A stretch of DNA of 64,000 nt, from positions 35,564 through 99,563 of the forward strand of contig LJNE01000002.1 in assembly GCA_001303125.1 (NCBI GenBank), written 5' to 3'. Shown in pieces: positions 37,983 through 47,829 of this stretch (within the stretch, counting starts at the first letter, position 1; each line of letters begins with the position of its first letter). The position numbers were made by a program, and so were the translations under genes. This DNA comes from Parcubacteria bacterium DG_74_1 (GTDB lineage Bacteria > Patescibacteriota > Minisyncoccia > Minisyncoccales > DG-74-1). The notes under the pieces were generated by a model that made no database searches, was not told the origin of the DNA, and saw nothing but the letters and a program-made list of their open reading frames with translations.

Positions 37983-39692
37983 TTAAGAGTTTTTCAAACT
38001 GTTAATTTTATTTCGGGTGGCTGGGCCGAAATAGCCCGTACCCTTTTCCAGGTCCAGAGGGTATAAAATTTCTTCAGCGTATTTCTCCTGAAAGCGGATG
38101 ACCGCCGCCTGAGTTAAAGAAAGAAAATTGCCCGTAACCAGACCCTCAGGATAGATATCGGGCCCTTGTTCTTTTAAAAATTGCTGAAGGCAGCTAACTT
38201 CTACAGAATCCCATATTCCATAATAAAGATCGTTGTCAAATCTATTACAGGAAACCGGAGTTAACCCCTTGAGGGCCGCGATCTTTGCTTCATATTCGGC
38301 GATTTTTCTTTTCAGTTCTTCAATTTGCGCCAAGAGCTGATTAACTGCCTCGGGTCCCTTTTCTTTTTCAGTTTTTTCATCGACGGTAATCTTCCAAGAA
38401 AAAGAAATTGATTCTTCGTGACCATTAAATCCGGAGGTCTTGCTCTCGACAAAAGGAATAATAGTTAAAGAACTGTATTCTGCACCGAACCCGGAAAGAG
38501 TAATTTCTCCTTTTTGTTCTTCATTTAAGGAAACAAATTTAACCGAGCAGCTATTATTAAAATCGCAAACCAAATAAGGAACCTTAAAGACGACTTCGTC
38601 TAGTCCGTCAAACTCTAAAACAAGATCACTGCCACCACCAAGAAACCTGTGCCAATTCAAGCCCCAATAAGTAGTATCGTGATAATTAGACATAACGGTT
38701 TCTGCTCTTGGTAGATAATAAAAAGTGGGGGTGATATGAAAATCTTGAAGATGCTTATTCAGGTAACAATATTCATCTCCTAGATTGCAGTCGTTGACCA
38801 AAAGAGTGACCGCCCAATCGCTGAAAATTTGGGAAAAATTTTTGCCATAATTATTTTTCGTCAGAGCGTAGTTGACACTCTCGATACCTGTATAATCTGA
38901 TTGTAAAGAATCAACCAAAATTTTCACCCCGTAATGGTCAACCAGATATTGGGTGAATAAATTTATCGCACCATAATCTTCTTTCTTATTAAGCCATTCC
39001 GTCAGAGAAATCTGCGAATTTCTTAAGAATTCATTAACTCTTCTTTCCAAAATACTTCCTCTATAAACGTCGTTATAACCCAAAAAGGTGGCTGAATACT
39101 CTGCCCTGGCTTCATTGAGCCAGATCTCTTCGTTGACGCCGCGAAGCAGGTTCTTCTGATTAATCGTTATTAAGTGAGTAAACTCGTGGGCCAAAAAGGC
39201 TTTAGCCTCGGGCTTATCAATATACCGGCTATTTAAATAAAGCAACTCTCTTTCGTTTGATTTCGGGTATTCAAACCTTGAATAAATATCACCAGTATTA
39301 TAGTAACCGCCGGCATCGGAAATCATCGGATGGAGTAAAACGGTTATTATTTCTGAGCCATCAATGCCCGGTTTCGGCTCTGAACCAAAAGCTTTAGTTA
39401 AAGTAGGATAGATTTTTCTTTCAAATTCAATACCCAGATTATAGAAAACCACGTCCAAGCTTTGCCTTTCTGCGCGACTAAGTTCCTCCCACCAAATCTT
39501 ATCAGCATAAAAATATAACTGGTCAGTGCTTTTTACTAAAACAGCGGTTAGTTCCTTTCTGCCCTGCGAATCATAAGAAGGGTCAACGTTAAAATCAACT
39601 TCTCCGTCAATAGTTTGCGCATCGATAACTAAAGGCACCAGCAAAGAAATGGCTAAAGTTATAACAAGTTTTGATTTAAAATTTCTAAACAT
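37983..39692 (-). CDS. Secreted zinc metallopeptidase-like protein with coiled coil and C-terminal peptidoglycan-binding domain
   Basis: Signal peptide, HEFTH...WLNE, CLQQFL...TQAAVIRFQ...GPATR. Confidence 0.75.
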   Translation of the reverse strand: MFRNFKSKLVITLAISLLVPLVIDAQTIDGEVDFNVDPSYDSQGRKELTAVLVKSTDQLYFYADKIWWEELSRAERQSLDVVFYNLGIEFERKIYPTLTKAFGSEPKPGIDGSEIITVLLHPMISDAGGYYNTGDIYSRFEYPKSNERELLYLNSRYIDKPEAKAFLAHEFTHLITINQKNLLRGVNEEIWLNEARAEYSATFLGYNDVYRGSILERRVNEFLRNSQISLTEWLNKKEDYGAINLFTQYLVDHYGVKILVDSLQSDYTGIESVNYALTKNNYGKNFSQIFSDWAVTLLVNDCNLGDEYCYLNKHLQDFHITPTFYYLPRAETVMSNYHDTTYWGLNWHRFLGGGSDLVLEFDGLDEVVFKVPYLVCDFNNSCSVKFVSLNEEQKGEITLSGFGAEYSSLTIIPFVESKTSGFNGHEESISFSWKITVDEKTEKEKGPEAVNQLLAQIEELKRKIAEYEAKIAALKGLTPVSCNRFDNDLYYGIWDSVEVSCLQQFLKEQGPDIYPEGLVTGNFLSLTQAAVIRFQEKYAEEILYPLDLEKGTGYFGPATRNKINSLKNS

Positions 39693-39746
39693 TTAAGGTC
39701 AATATTGCGTTTTCTTATTATAACAAAAATTCTCAGAGAAACAAAA

Positions 39747-39769
39747 GCTCCCGGAGAAATCCGGGAGCT
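39747..39769 (-). terminator. Rho-independent terminator after the surface protein gene
   Basis: agctcccgga/tccgggagct stem; minus strand continues tttgttt. Confidence 0.75.
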
Positions 39770-39793
39770 AATGAGCCTCACAAGGAAAGGCGA

Positions 39794-41761
39794 TTAGTCG
39801 GTAAGATATAGCGTTGATGTCTTAATATCCTCTACCATCCAGTTGGTATTATCCCAGGCGTTAGTGGTCCCACCGTCAGTCGTGTCCCAAGTAAAGAGGG
39901 ACAGATAGAAGGAGAAGAACCCAGCAGTTCCGGCGTTATTGTCAAGATAACCGGCAACAGTAAATGTTTGTGATTGATCCTCAGCTACTCTGTAGGAATT
40001 GGCAGCTGTGGCGGTCAAACCTGTCGTGTCAAGGTTATATTCAGAGGTTGAAGCGGTACTTGAACCAACTATATCAGTTGCTGTGGCCGAAACAAAGATG
40101 TCGCCTCCTAAGGCAGTCACCCTAAATTTAAGCTCAGCATTGGCTTTGTCAGTTTGGTCTTCAACCAATGAAAGTGATTGGCTGACAAGGTCAATATCAG
40201 GAACCACTTCCCAGAAGTAAATGGCGTTTCCTGCGGCTGAACCGGCGTAAGTACACGCTTCTTCGTTAGCGCTAGCTGCAAGAACATCATCAGCTGCAAT
40301 TGACGCAGTAACAGTGCCAGCGGTGCTAGTGGCAGCATACTCTACTTCAACCGTCAATGTCTTGGTAGTATCTTCAGCGATATCTACTTCAAGGTCAGTG
40401 AAGGACGTAGTGGCAGCTGCTGCTTCACTACCAATGGCGGTAGTCCCGTCATAAAGCTTCACAGCATTAATGTTGGTAGTAGTAGAGAGAGTAACTGTAA
40501 CAGTTCTCACTCGAGCACTACTTCTGGTTACTGCTAGGTCAAAGGCTAGAACTTCATGTTGTGTCGCCGTGTCAGGATCAATTACAGCAAAACCTTCTTC
40601 AGGAGTATCAGCATTGATTTTTGTCTCAATTCTGGCTCCCAAACCAGCAGCGGCAACAGTAAACTGTCTGTTCCCAGCACAGGTTGCATACTGGTAAATT
40701 CTGGCTGTATCTACTCCTCTAATGGCGTCTGCTCCGGTAGTCATAGTTAGGGCTCCAGGAGTTCGAGGTATCGTCGGCGTGTTTACCTTGATGGTAATAT
40801 CCTTTGTCCCGCCCTCCGAAACGTCTATGTCCAAACCGGATAATCTTAACCGATAGTCAGTGCCAAATGTTATCTCTGAAACGGTTCCAGAATCAATATC
40901 AGTTCCTTTGACCGGATCGTCTCCATCGTAAAGGGCAAGATAATCTATCTTGTGCCACGGAACAGCGTCAAAGTTGATATCAATCCTGTTAACTGTAATA
41001 TCAGAATCTCTTGCCTTAAGTTCAATAGCACCGACCGCTACATCTGAAGCTCCCCAGTTAACCTCAACGCCAGTTGGGGTTGGAAGCCATCTGGCAGTTA
41101 ACCAGCCTTCCTCTGGTTCAACAACCTCCTCTTTACACAAGCCGGCTTCACATACATAGTCATCTGGACAATCAGCATCGGTTTCACATTCAACTGCCGG
41201 CACACATTCTCCGCCGACACATATGAAACCTGACAGACAGTCATCATCTTCAACGCACTCAGGTCCTGTCAGCATTTCGTCTAAGACAGGCCTGGTAGCT
41301 GGACCGACATAGCCGGTTCCGGCTGTTAGTCCTATTGGAGTTAGAATTTCAGCCGCGTATTTGTTCTGGAACTTGACAACAGCTCCGTGGGTCAAAGGAC
41401 CAAAGAAGGTTGTCTCATTTCCAGGAGAACCAGCCGCGCCAGCTGCGGCGTCAAGCTGAGTTGCAGGATCGGTATTAAGCAATGCCTGCAAGCATTTGAC
41501 ATCGTCACCGCTTATGCCTTGATACAAGTCTCTGGTAAAGCTAGTCATACCAGCACAAGCTGCTGGAACACCAGCCGCCGGGGTTGTACCACCAAGCAGA
41601 GCCGTATATAGAGTTAATAATTCATCGTATTTGTCCTGTAGCTTTTCAAATTGATCCATGAGTTCGTCCCACTCTTCCTGTGTTACTCCTTGAGCCACAC
41701 CAGGAAACATTGTCAACGCCATGGCTAGACAGACCATTCCTGCTAAAATCTTTTTTGTCAT
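39794..41761 (-). CDS. Probable S-layer/major surface protein with peptidoglycan-binding domain, Cys-rich repeats and acidic Thr/Ala-rich beta domains
   Basis: Signal peptide, coiled coil, PG-binding motif, two ECxxDxDC...C...C repeats; long 5' region and own terminator. Confidence 0.65.
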   Translation of the reverse strand: MTKKILAGMVCLAMALTMFPGVAQGVTQEEWDELMDQFEKLQDKYDELLTLYTALLGGTTPAAGVPAACAGMTSFTRDLYQGISGDDVKCLQALLNTDPATQLDAAAGAAGSPGNETTFFGPLTHGAVVKFQNKYAAEILTPIGLTAGTGYVGPATRPVLDEMLTGPECVEDDDCLSGFICVGGECVPAVECETDADCPDDYVCEAGLCKEEVVEPEEGWLTARWLPTPTGVEVNWGASDVAVGAIELKARDSDITVNRIDINFDAVPWHKIDYLALYDGDDPVKGTDIDSGTVSEITFGTDYRLRLSGLDIDVSEGGTKDITIKVNTPTIPRTPGALTMTTGADAIRGVDTARIYQYATCAGNRQFTVAAAGLGARIETKINADTPEEGFAVIDPDTATQHEVLAFDLAVTRSSARVRTVTVTLSTTTNINAVKLYDGTTAIGSEAAAATTSFTDLEVDIAEDTTKTLTVEVEYAATSTAGTVTASIAADDVLAASANEEACTYAGSAAGNAIYFWEVVPDIDLVSQSLSLVEDQTDKANAELKFRVTALGGDIFVSATATDIVGSSTASTSEYNLDTTGLTATAANSYRVAEDQSQTFTVAGYLDNNAGTAGFFSFYLSLFTWDTTDGGTTNAWDNTNWMVEDIKTSTLYLTD

Positions 41762-42010
41762 ATTTTTTTGTTATGAGTTATAACTTATTAATTAATTATT
41801 TTTTTCTGTCGCGTCGACCATTTCATTTCATTCGCGACTTATCTCACCCCGTAGAGAAATTTTGAACAATAATTATTTCTGCGGGCTTGGCCCATTCGAA
41901 ATTCTTCTGCGGGATTTATGTTTTAGTCACGAATTTCACCCCATACCGAAACGAATTTTCTGGCACCGGGGTTGCGACTTTCAATTGTTAAAGATGGAGT
42001 ATGTATTTTT

Positions 42011-42907
42011 TTACTTTTCTTCGCTTGTTTCCCCTTCTTTCTCTTCCAGGTCTTCCAATTCTTCTTCTGCTTCTTCCTCCGTTGTCCCTTCCTCTTCTTC
42101 CACGTCTTCTACTGTTTCTTCGGTCTGAATTTCCTCAAGAGATTCTTCTATTGTTTCCGTGGTAGTAGGTGGTTTATTGAATTCGTTCTGAAATAAAATT
42201 AGAGCTCCGGAATATTTTTCTTCTTCAATTAGTTGCTTCATCTGGCTTAAAACTTCCTCTTGTCCCTCAGTTAAGGTGCTAGCTTCTAAAGCAGAAATCA
42301 AATCCTCGGCATAAAGCTTATCTGAGCTTTGTTTTAATTCTTCAAGCTCCTCTTCTCCGAAAGCCACTCCCAAGGTCTGACTGATTGTTTGGGCTTTTTC
42401 TTCAATTTCGTCAACAATTTTTTTAACCTCCGCTGGACTGGAAGCTTTAGCTAAATTTTTATTCGCCTCGGAAATACTGGCCCGGGTTTCATTAATAGCT
42501 GAGGGCAAATTCTTAACCCGATTCTCTTGGGCAACCTGAGCTAGTTCTTCTAATCTCTTATTAGTTAATTCTAATTGAACTAGGGGTAGTTCTTCCTCAG
42601 AAACAAAAGCTGATTGCACTCTTTCGGTAACCTTTTTCATCGAATAAAGTTTTTCGCCGGGCAGAGATTTTTGGGCAAATGTAAAGGTCCCAAAAAGGCC
42701 GGCAAAAACGAAAAAAGCCGCCAGTCCGGCATAAGCCGGCTTGGCAAAAATCATCCGAAAAGTTGAAAGAATTATCGCGAATGGACTCTCCTGTTTTGCC
42801 TTTTGTTCCTGACCAAGAATCTCGTCTTTAACCAAAACAGCCCAGTCCTGGCTGGGTTTAATCTGGCGAAGTTCTCGAAGTTTCGCAATGAGCTCTTTCT
42901 CTTCCAT
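42011..42907 (-). CDS. Putative anti-sigma factor (DUF5667-like) with acidic tail
   Basis: Single TM, SLPGEKLYSMK motif, directly downstream of the ECF sigma gene. Confidence 0.7.
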   Translation of the reverse strand: MEEKELIAKLRELRQIKPSQDWAVLVKDEILGQEQKAKQESPFAIILSTFRMIFAKPAYAGLAAFFVFAGLFGTFTFAQKSLPGEKLYSMKKVTERVQSAFVSEEELPLVQLELTNKRLEELAQVAQENRVKNLPSAINETRASISEANKNLAKASSPAEVKKIVDEIEEKAQTISQTLGVAFGEEELEELKQSSDKLYAEDLISALEASTLTEGQEEVLSQMKQLIEEEKYSGALILFQNEFNKPPTTTETIEESLEEIQTEETVEDVEEEEGTTEEEAEEELEDLEEKEGETSEEK

Positions 42908-42918
42908 TCTTAAAATAT

Positions 42919-42944
42919 GACGAAATTTCGAGGGTTTTATTACA
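42919..42944 (-). promoter_or_regulatory. Putative ECF-type promoter TGTAAT-N16-CGTC
   Basis: Lies between the sigma and anti-sigma genes; spacing and -10 CGT resemble ECF consensus promoters. Confidence 0.5.
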
Positions 42945-42950
42945 CCTCTT

Positions 42951-43460
42951 TTATCTCTTTTTGTTAATTTCTGTTTTTAACGCTTTAAGGGCGCGGTGCA
43001 GTAGGACACGAGTAGCTTCTTCTGACCTATCTAAGAGTTCAGATACCTTAGGAATAGGTAGGTCATCAAGGTAGTGCCAAATAATTACATCTTGATAATC
43101 ATCTTTCAGTCCAGTTAAAGCTGTCCTAATCACATGAAGATCAGATCTCAAGATAGCTGCTTCTTCTAAATCCTCCCGGGGGTCAATAATCGGCGTTAAT
43201 TCAACCGAAACAGTCCGGGTCTTGCCTTTTTCTCGATAATGGTCAATAACCAGATTACGGGCGGTCCGGTATAAAAATGCCTGAGGATTTCCAATTGGGT
43301 TTCCTTCGCTCTGTTTAAACTTCTCCCATGTTCTTAAAAAAGTTTCCGAACACAAGTCCTGGGCAATTTCTTGAGAATTAACCTTTAAAAAAATAAATCG
43401 GTAGATTTTATCAATATTTTGATCGTAAATTTTGCTAAATATTTTTCTAAGGTCTTCCAT
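42951..43460 (-). CDS. ECF RNA polymerase sigma factor
   Basis: AQDLCSETF, LYRTARNLVIDHYR, region 4 RVLLHRA. Confidence 0.92.
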   Translation of the reverse strand: MEDLRKIFSKIYDQNIDKIYRFIFLKVNSQEIAQDLCSETFLRTWEKFKQSEGNPIGNPQAFLYRTARNLVIDHYREKGKTRTVSVELTPIIDPREDLEEAAILRSDLHVIRTALTGLKDDYQDVIIWHYLDDLPIPKVSELLDRSEEATRVLLHRALKALKTEINKKR

Positions 43461-43508
43461 AATACTATCTATAATATATGTATCTATGTCCGACTCTTGT
43501 CCTAGCTT

Positions 43509-44054
43509 TTAACTCTCTTTTAATTCATAAAAGGTATCGTTTCGCTCGCCTACTCTTTCAATTATACCCTTTTTTAATAAGCTCTCAAAATCTCTTCTTA
43601 AGGTTCTTTTGGTTACTTCCGGGAAAACCTGCTTTACCTGCCAAACCTGAGCCCGGCCGTTCTCTTTTAAAAACTCCAGTATCTTTTCCTGCCGTAAATT
43701 TACGGTACCTGTAACAGCGTGTGAAATCTGCTTAGGGAGGCTTTCTGCTATTTCTTTTACCGGCTTTTCCAAAAGTTTTGGCGGTTCCAGAGAAGACTCA
43801 ATATCTTTTTTAATTTCGTCTTTTATCTTATTATATTCTTCCTGAATTCTCAAGAGCTCGGAAACAGCTACCCAGTTTTGGGCTTTGGCCACCTCAAAAA
43901 AACTATCAAGAACCTCCAAGCCTTTTTCATTCTGATTAGCTAAAATATCATCAGCCACCTCGCGCATTTTATAACGCAAGGGTTCCTTCTTTGGAAAAAG
44001 CAAGGTTAGCTTGTAAAGATTATTTGTCAGTTGAATTAGGTTATTTTTGTCCAT
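43509..44054 (-). CDS. Four-helix-bundle-like N-terminus fused to a DeoR-type winged HTH
   Basis: LYKLTLLFPKKEPL N-terminal region; RQEKILEFL...TKRTLRRD C-terminal region; start chosen at MDKNN. Confidence 0.6.
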   Translation of the reverse strand: MDKNNLIQLTNNLYKLTLLFPKKEPLRYKMREVADDILANQNEKGLEVLDSFFEVAKAQNWVAVSELLRIQEEYNKIKDEIKKDIESSLEPPKLLEKPVKEIAESLPKQISHAVTGTVNLRQEKILEFLKENGRAQVWQVKQVFPEVTKRTLRRDFESLLKKGIIERVGERNDTFYELKES

Positions 44055-44154
44055 AGCACGTTTTCCTAATATATCAGAAATTAGTAATGATGGCAACCAT
44101 TTTTAGTTCCCCGCACTTTTTCTGCTATTCAGTCAATAAATATCACGCATCTCA

Positions 44155-44230
44155 TTTTTCGTCGCACTACGCATCACTGAGGACCTAAATGGGGGCTTAG
44201 GTTCTCAATGGTGCGTAGTGCGACGAAAAA
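44155..44230. repeat. 34-bp-stem intergenic palindrome
   Basis: Arms 44155-44188 and 44197-44230 are complementary except at three positions. Confidence 0.9.
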
Positions 44231-44283
44231 AAATCGCCCTTTTAGCGATAAAAAATGTCTAACAATAGGCTTAAAATAAAACT

Positions 44284-44997
44284 TTAAAGTCCGGAGAAGG
44301 TGCGGATGACGGAAACAGGAATAACTACAATTCTTCCCTCTCTGTCAACGGTATTCAGCCCCAAAATTCTCGCTTCAATGTCAAATAAGGCACTGCCAGA
44401 CAAAGTATTTTCTTCTGAAATATTTGTCTGAATCAAATTTTCGTCAAAACTCGTGACAATCCCCTCGTTGACTCTGAAGCCTAACAGCTCGGCGCCGACC
44501 AAGAAAACCCTTTCGCCTAATTTTAATTTTTCTAGGTCGGCAAAACCAAGGCTTGACAGATTGGTTTTTTCAAGCCTTATTAAGGCTAAATTATTTTCTA
44601 GGTCCCTCTTCAAAATTTCAAAGGATACCGATTCTTCGTCAACAAAAAAATTGAAAGTTGACCCTTGGGGAACCAGTTCGGCTAAAGTGACGATTAAGCC
44701 GTCGGAGGTCAAAATTAAACCTGAGCCCTCTAAAATTTTTCCCGCTTTGGTTTCGGTCTTTACTCTGGCGATTGCTTTTTCTGCTCTTTCAATGGCATCT
44801 TTAAGGGCAACGTTTTCCTGGATATAAAATTCTTTTGTTTCAATGACGTTAACCGGAAACTGATCTAATCTGTAATGATAAAAAAGCGGCCTTTCAATAA
44901 AGTAGGGCCAGAGAATTTGGTCAGCAAAAATCCCACCGACCATTCCGATGATAAAAATAGCTAAAATTTTAAAAATATTTTTAAGCATAAAATCCAA
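44284..44997 (-). CDS. Trypsin-like (HtrA-family) domain protein lacking catalytic motifs
   Basis: GSGLILTSDGLIVT, but LAELV replaces NxHV and TLSGSAL replaces GNSGGP; no PDZ domain. Confidence 0.7.
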   Translation of the reverse strand: MDFMLKNIFKILAIFIIGMVGGIFADQILWPYFIERPLFYHYRLDQFPVNVIETKEFYIQENVALKDAIERAEKAIARVKTETKAGKILEGSGLILTSDGLIVTLAELVPQGSTFNFFVDEESVSFEILKRDLENNLALIRLEKTNLSSLGFADLEKLKLGERVFLVGAELLGFRVNEGIVTSFDENLIQTNISEENTLSGSALFDIEARILGLNTVDREGRIVVIPVSVIRTFSGL

Positions 44998-45021
44998 ATG
45001 CTATTAAAAAATCTGGACTAT

Positions 45022-47730
45022 CTATCTTACTAAAGATTTTTCTCTCTTACGAGGGGTTCTCGTTAAATCTTTGGCTGTGCGAAAGATGATTTGACCAGCC
45101 TCCAAGTCAATTACTACGCACTCCCCTTTTTTAATTTCGCCAGAAACAATTTTCAAAGAAAGCGGGTCCAAAACCTTTTTCTGAATGACTCTTTTCAAGG
45201 GTCGGGCGCCCAGATTTTGATCAAAACCCTTTTCAGCCAGAAATTGTTTAGCCGGTTCGGAGACCTTAATTTCAATCTTCTTCCCATCTAATCTTTCAGC
45301 CACTTTGGCTACTTCCAGATCAACAATTTTTTTAATCTCTGACTTACCCAGAAAATTGAAAATAATGATTTCATCAATCCGGTTTAAAAATTCCGGCCGG
45401 AAATTTTCTTTCAGAGAAGCTAAAACTTTTGTTTTTAAGCTTTCTTTTTGGCTAATTTTCTCATCGCCGCCAATAAAACCCATGGCCGCTTCCTGAGCAA
45501 TAATATTTGAGCCAACATTTGAAGTCATAATCAGAATGGTGTTTTTGAAGGAAGCGGTTCTTCCTTTGGCGTCGGTTAATCGGCCGTCTTCTAAAATCTG
45601 AAGTAAAATATTGAAAACCTTGGGATGGGCTTTTTCTATTTCGTCCAGCAGGATAACACTGTAGGGCCGGCGCCTGATTTTTTCCGTTAATTGACCGCCT
45701 TCCTCGTAGCCAACATATCCGGGAGGACTACCTATCATTTTGGAAACAGTATGGTCTTCCATATATTCTGACATATCTAAGCGAACTAGGGCATTCTCGT
45801 CATTAAATAGAAATTCGGCTAAAGCCCGGGCGGTCTCAGTTTTCCCCACGCCGGTCGGGCCTAAAAACATAAAGGAGCCCAAGGGTCGATTCTCTTCGGA
45901 AATACCAGCCCGGGAACGCCTGATAGCGTGAGCGATAGCTTCTATGGGCTCGGGTTGACCAATAACTCTTTTTTGCAAAATCTCTTCCATTTTTTCCAGT
46001 TTTTTAACTTCCTCTTCCAGCAATCGGGTGACCGGAATACCTGTCCAACGGGAAACCACTCTAGCTACTTCCTCCTCGGTCACTTCTTCTTTCAAAATGG
46101 GCCGGTTTTTTTGGAATTGAGCTAATTTTCTTTCAGCCGCTTTCAGGTCTTTCAAAAGCTGGGGAATCTTTCCGTATTTCAATTCGGCCACTTTTTGTAA
46201 ATTGGCTTCGGTTTCACCCCTTTCTACTTGAAAACGGGTTGTCTCTATTTCTTTTTTAAGGTTTTTTATCTTAGTAATGGTTTCTCTTTCCGACTGCCAT
46301 CTAGCCGTAATCTCTTTTGTCTTTTCTTTTAAGTCAGCTAATTGGCGGGAAAGCGCTTTTTTGCGGCTGGAAGGCTTCTCTTTTTTTGTTGCCGCCTGCT
46401 CTATTTCTAATTTTTGAATTTCTTTTTTGAGATTTTCTAATTCCGCCGGTTCTGACTCAATTTCTAACCTTAAAGCTGACATAGCTTCATCCATTAGGTC
46501 AACGGCCTTGTCGGGCAAAAACCTGTCGGTAATATAGCGAGCAGCCAACTGAGCGCAAGCCACCAAGGCGGAGTCTTTAATTTTTACTCCGTGATGCAGC
46601 TCGTATTTGTCTTTAATCCCTCGCAAGATGGAAATAGTGTCTTCAATCGAAGGTTCTTGAACTAAAATCGGTTGAAATCTCCTCTCTAAAGCTGGGTCTC
46701 TTTCTAAATACTTCTGATATTCTTTTAAAGTGGTGGCGCCGATGGCTCTTAATTCTCCGCGGGCTAAAGCTGGTTTCAAAAGATTTGAGGCGTCAATGGC
46801 GCCTTCGGCAGCTCCCGCTCCAACTAAAGTATGCAGTTCGTCGATAAATAAAACATATCGGCCGGCCGCCCGATTGATTTCCCTGAGTAGGGCTTTGATT
46901 CTGTCTTCAAATTCACCCCGATATTTTGTGCCAGCTACCAAAGCTCCTAAATCCAAGCCAATAATTTCTTTTTCTTTTAAGGACTCGGGTACCTGCCCAG
47001 AAACAATTTTTTGCGCCAAGCCTTCAACAATAGCCGTCTTCCCAACCCCAGCTTCACCTAACAAAACCGGATTATTTTTCGTGCGTCTTGATAAAACTTG
47101 CATCAATCTTCTAATTTCATTTTCTCTACCAACAACCGGGTCTAGTTTTCCCTGTCTGGCTTGATTGGTTAAATTTCTGGCGTATCTTTCAATGACTTGG
47201 TATTTTGTTTCCGGCTCCGGGTCAGTGATTCTAGCTCCACCCCGAATCTGAGCCAATTGCTTTAAAAAGGTTTCATAATCTAATTTGCCAAAATCTAAGG
47301 TAGTGGTTCCGCCGCTTGGCTGCAAGAAGGCAGCCTTATCTAAAATTTCTTTGGCTTTTGTTTCTGAAGCTAAAAGAGATAAAAATAAATGCTCAACGGA
47401 AATAAAGTCATCCTGCATTTTCATTGCTTCCTGTCTGGCTCGATCAAGAACCTTGGCCATATCTTGAGTTAAATAAAATTGGCCGAAGGTCTGGGGTTGA
47501 GCAACAACTGGCAGCCGTTCTAGCGCTAATTTGGCTTTTCTTTTTATTCCTTCGATATCAGCCCCCAATCGCTGAAGTAAATTTAAAACCACGCTTTCTT
47601 CCTGCGAAAGCAAAGCGTAAAGCAAATGCAAGGCATCAATCTGCTGCTGCCCTCTTTCCCGGGCTAAATCTTGAGCATGAAGTATGGCCTCTTGGGCTTT
47701 ATGGGTAAATTGTCCTCCGTTCATAGTCAA
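45022..47730 (-). CDS. clpB: ClpB chaperone
   Basis: Two AAA modules (GVGKT twice), long coiled-coil M domain, GSPPGYVGY. Confidence 0.93.
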   Translation of the reverse strand: MTMNGGQFTHKAQEAILHAQDLARERGQQQIDALHLLYALLSQEESVVLNLLQRLGADIEGIKRKAKLALERLPVVAQPQTFGQFYLTQDMAKVLDRARQEAMKMQDDFISVEHLFLSLLASETKAKEILDKAAFLQPSGGTTTLDFGKLDYETFLKQLAQIRGGARITDPEPETKYQVIERYARNLTNQARQGKLDPVVGRENEIRRLMQVLSRRTKNNPVLLGEAGVGKTAIVEGLAQKIVSGQVPESLKEKEIIGLDLGALVAGTKYRGEFEDRIKALLREINRAAGRYVLFIDELHTLVGAGAAEGAIDASNLLKPALARGELRAIGATTLKEYQKYLERDPALERRFQPILVQEPSIEDTISILRGIKDKYELHHGVKIKDSALVACAQLAARYITDRFLPDKAVDLMDEAMSALRLEIESEPAELENLKKEIQKLEIEQAATKKEKPSSRKKALSRQLADLKEKTKEITARWQSERETITKIKNLKKEIETTRFQVERGETEANLQKVAELKYGKIPQLLKDLKAAERKLAQFQKNRPILKEEVTEEEVARVVSRWTGIPVTRLLEEEVKKLEKMEEILQKRVIGQPEPIEAIAHAIRRSRAGISEENRPLGSFMFLGPTGVGKTETARALAEFLFNDENALVRLDMSEYMEDHTVSKMIGSPPGYVGYEEGGQLTEKIRRRPYSVILLDEIEKAHPKVFNILLQILEDGRLTDAKGRTASFKNTILIMTSNVGSNIIAQEAAMGFIGGDEKISQKESLKTKVLASLKENFRPEFLNRIDEIIIFNFLGKSEIKKIVDLEVAKVAERLDGKKIEIKVSEPAKQFLAEKGFDQNLGARPLKRVIQKKVLDPLSLKIVSGEIKKGECVVIDLEAGQIIFRTAKDLTRTPRKREKSLVR

Positions 47731-47829
47731 AAGTTTTTGAATCTAGTTCATTATTATTCTACTACAAAATCTGTAAAAAAAGCAAACCCCTATTTGGGGA
47801 TTTATTGGCTTTGGAGGTTGATAGATTTT

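Noticed and set aside
41862-42196. Plus-strand ORFs of 88 and 74 aa
   Set aside because: Antisense shadows of the Glu-rich anti-sigma tail
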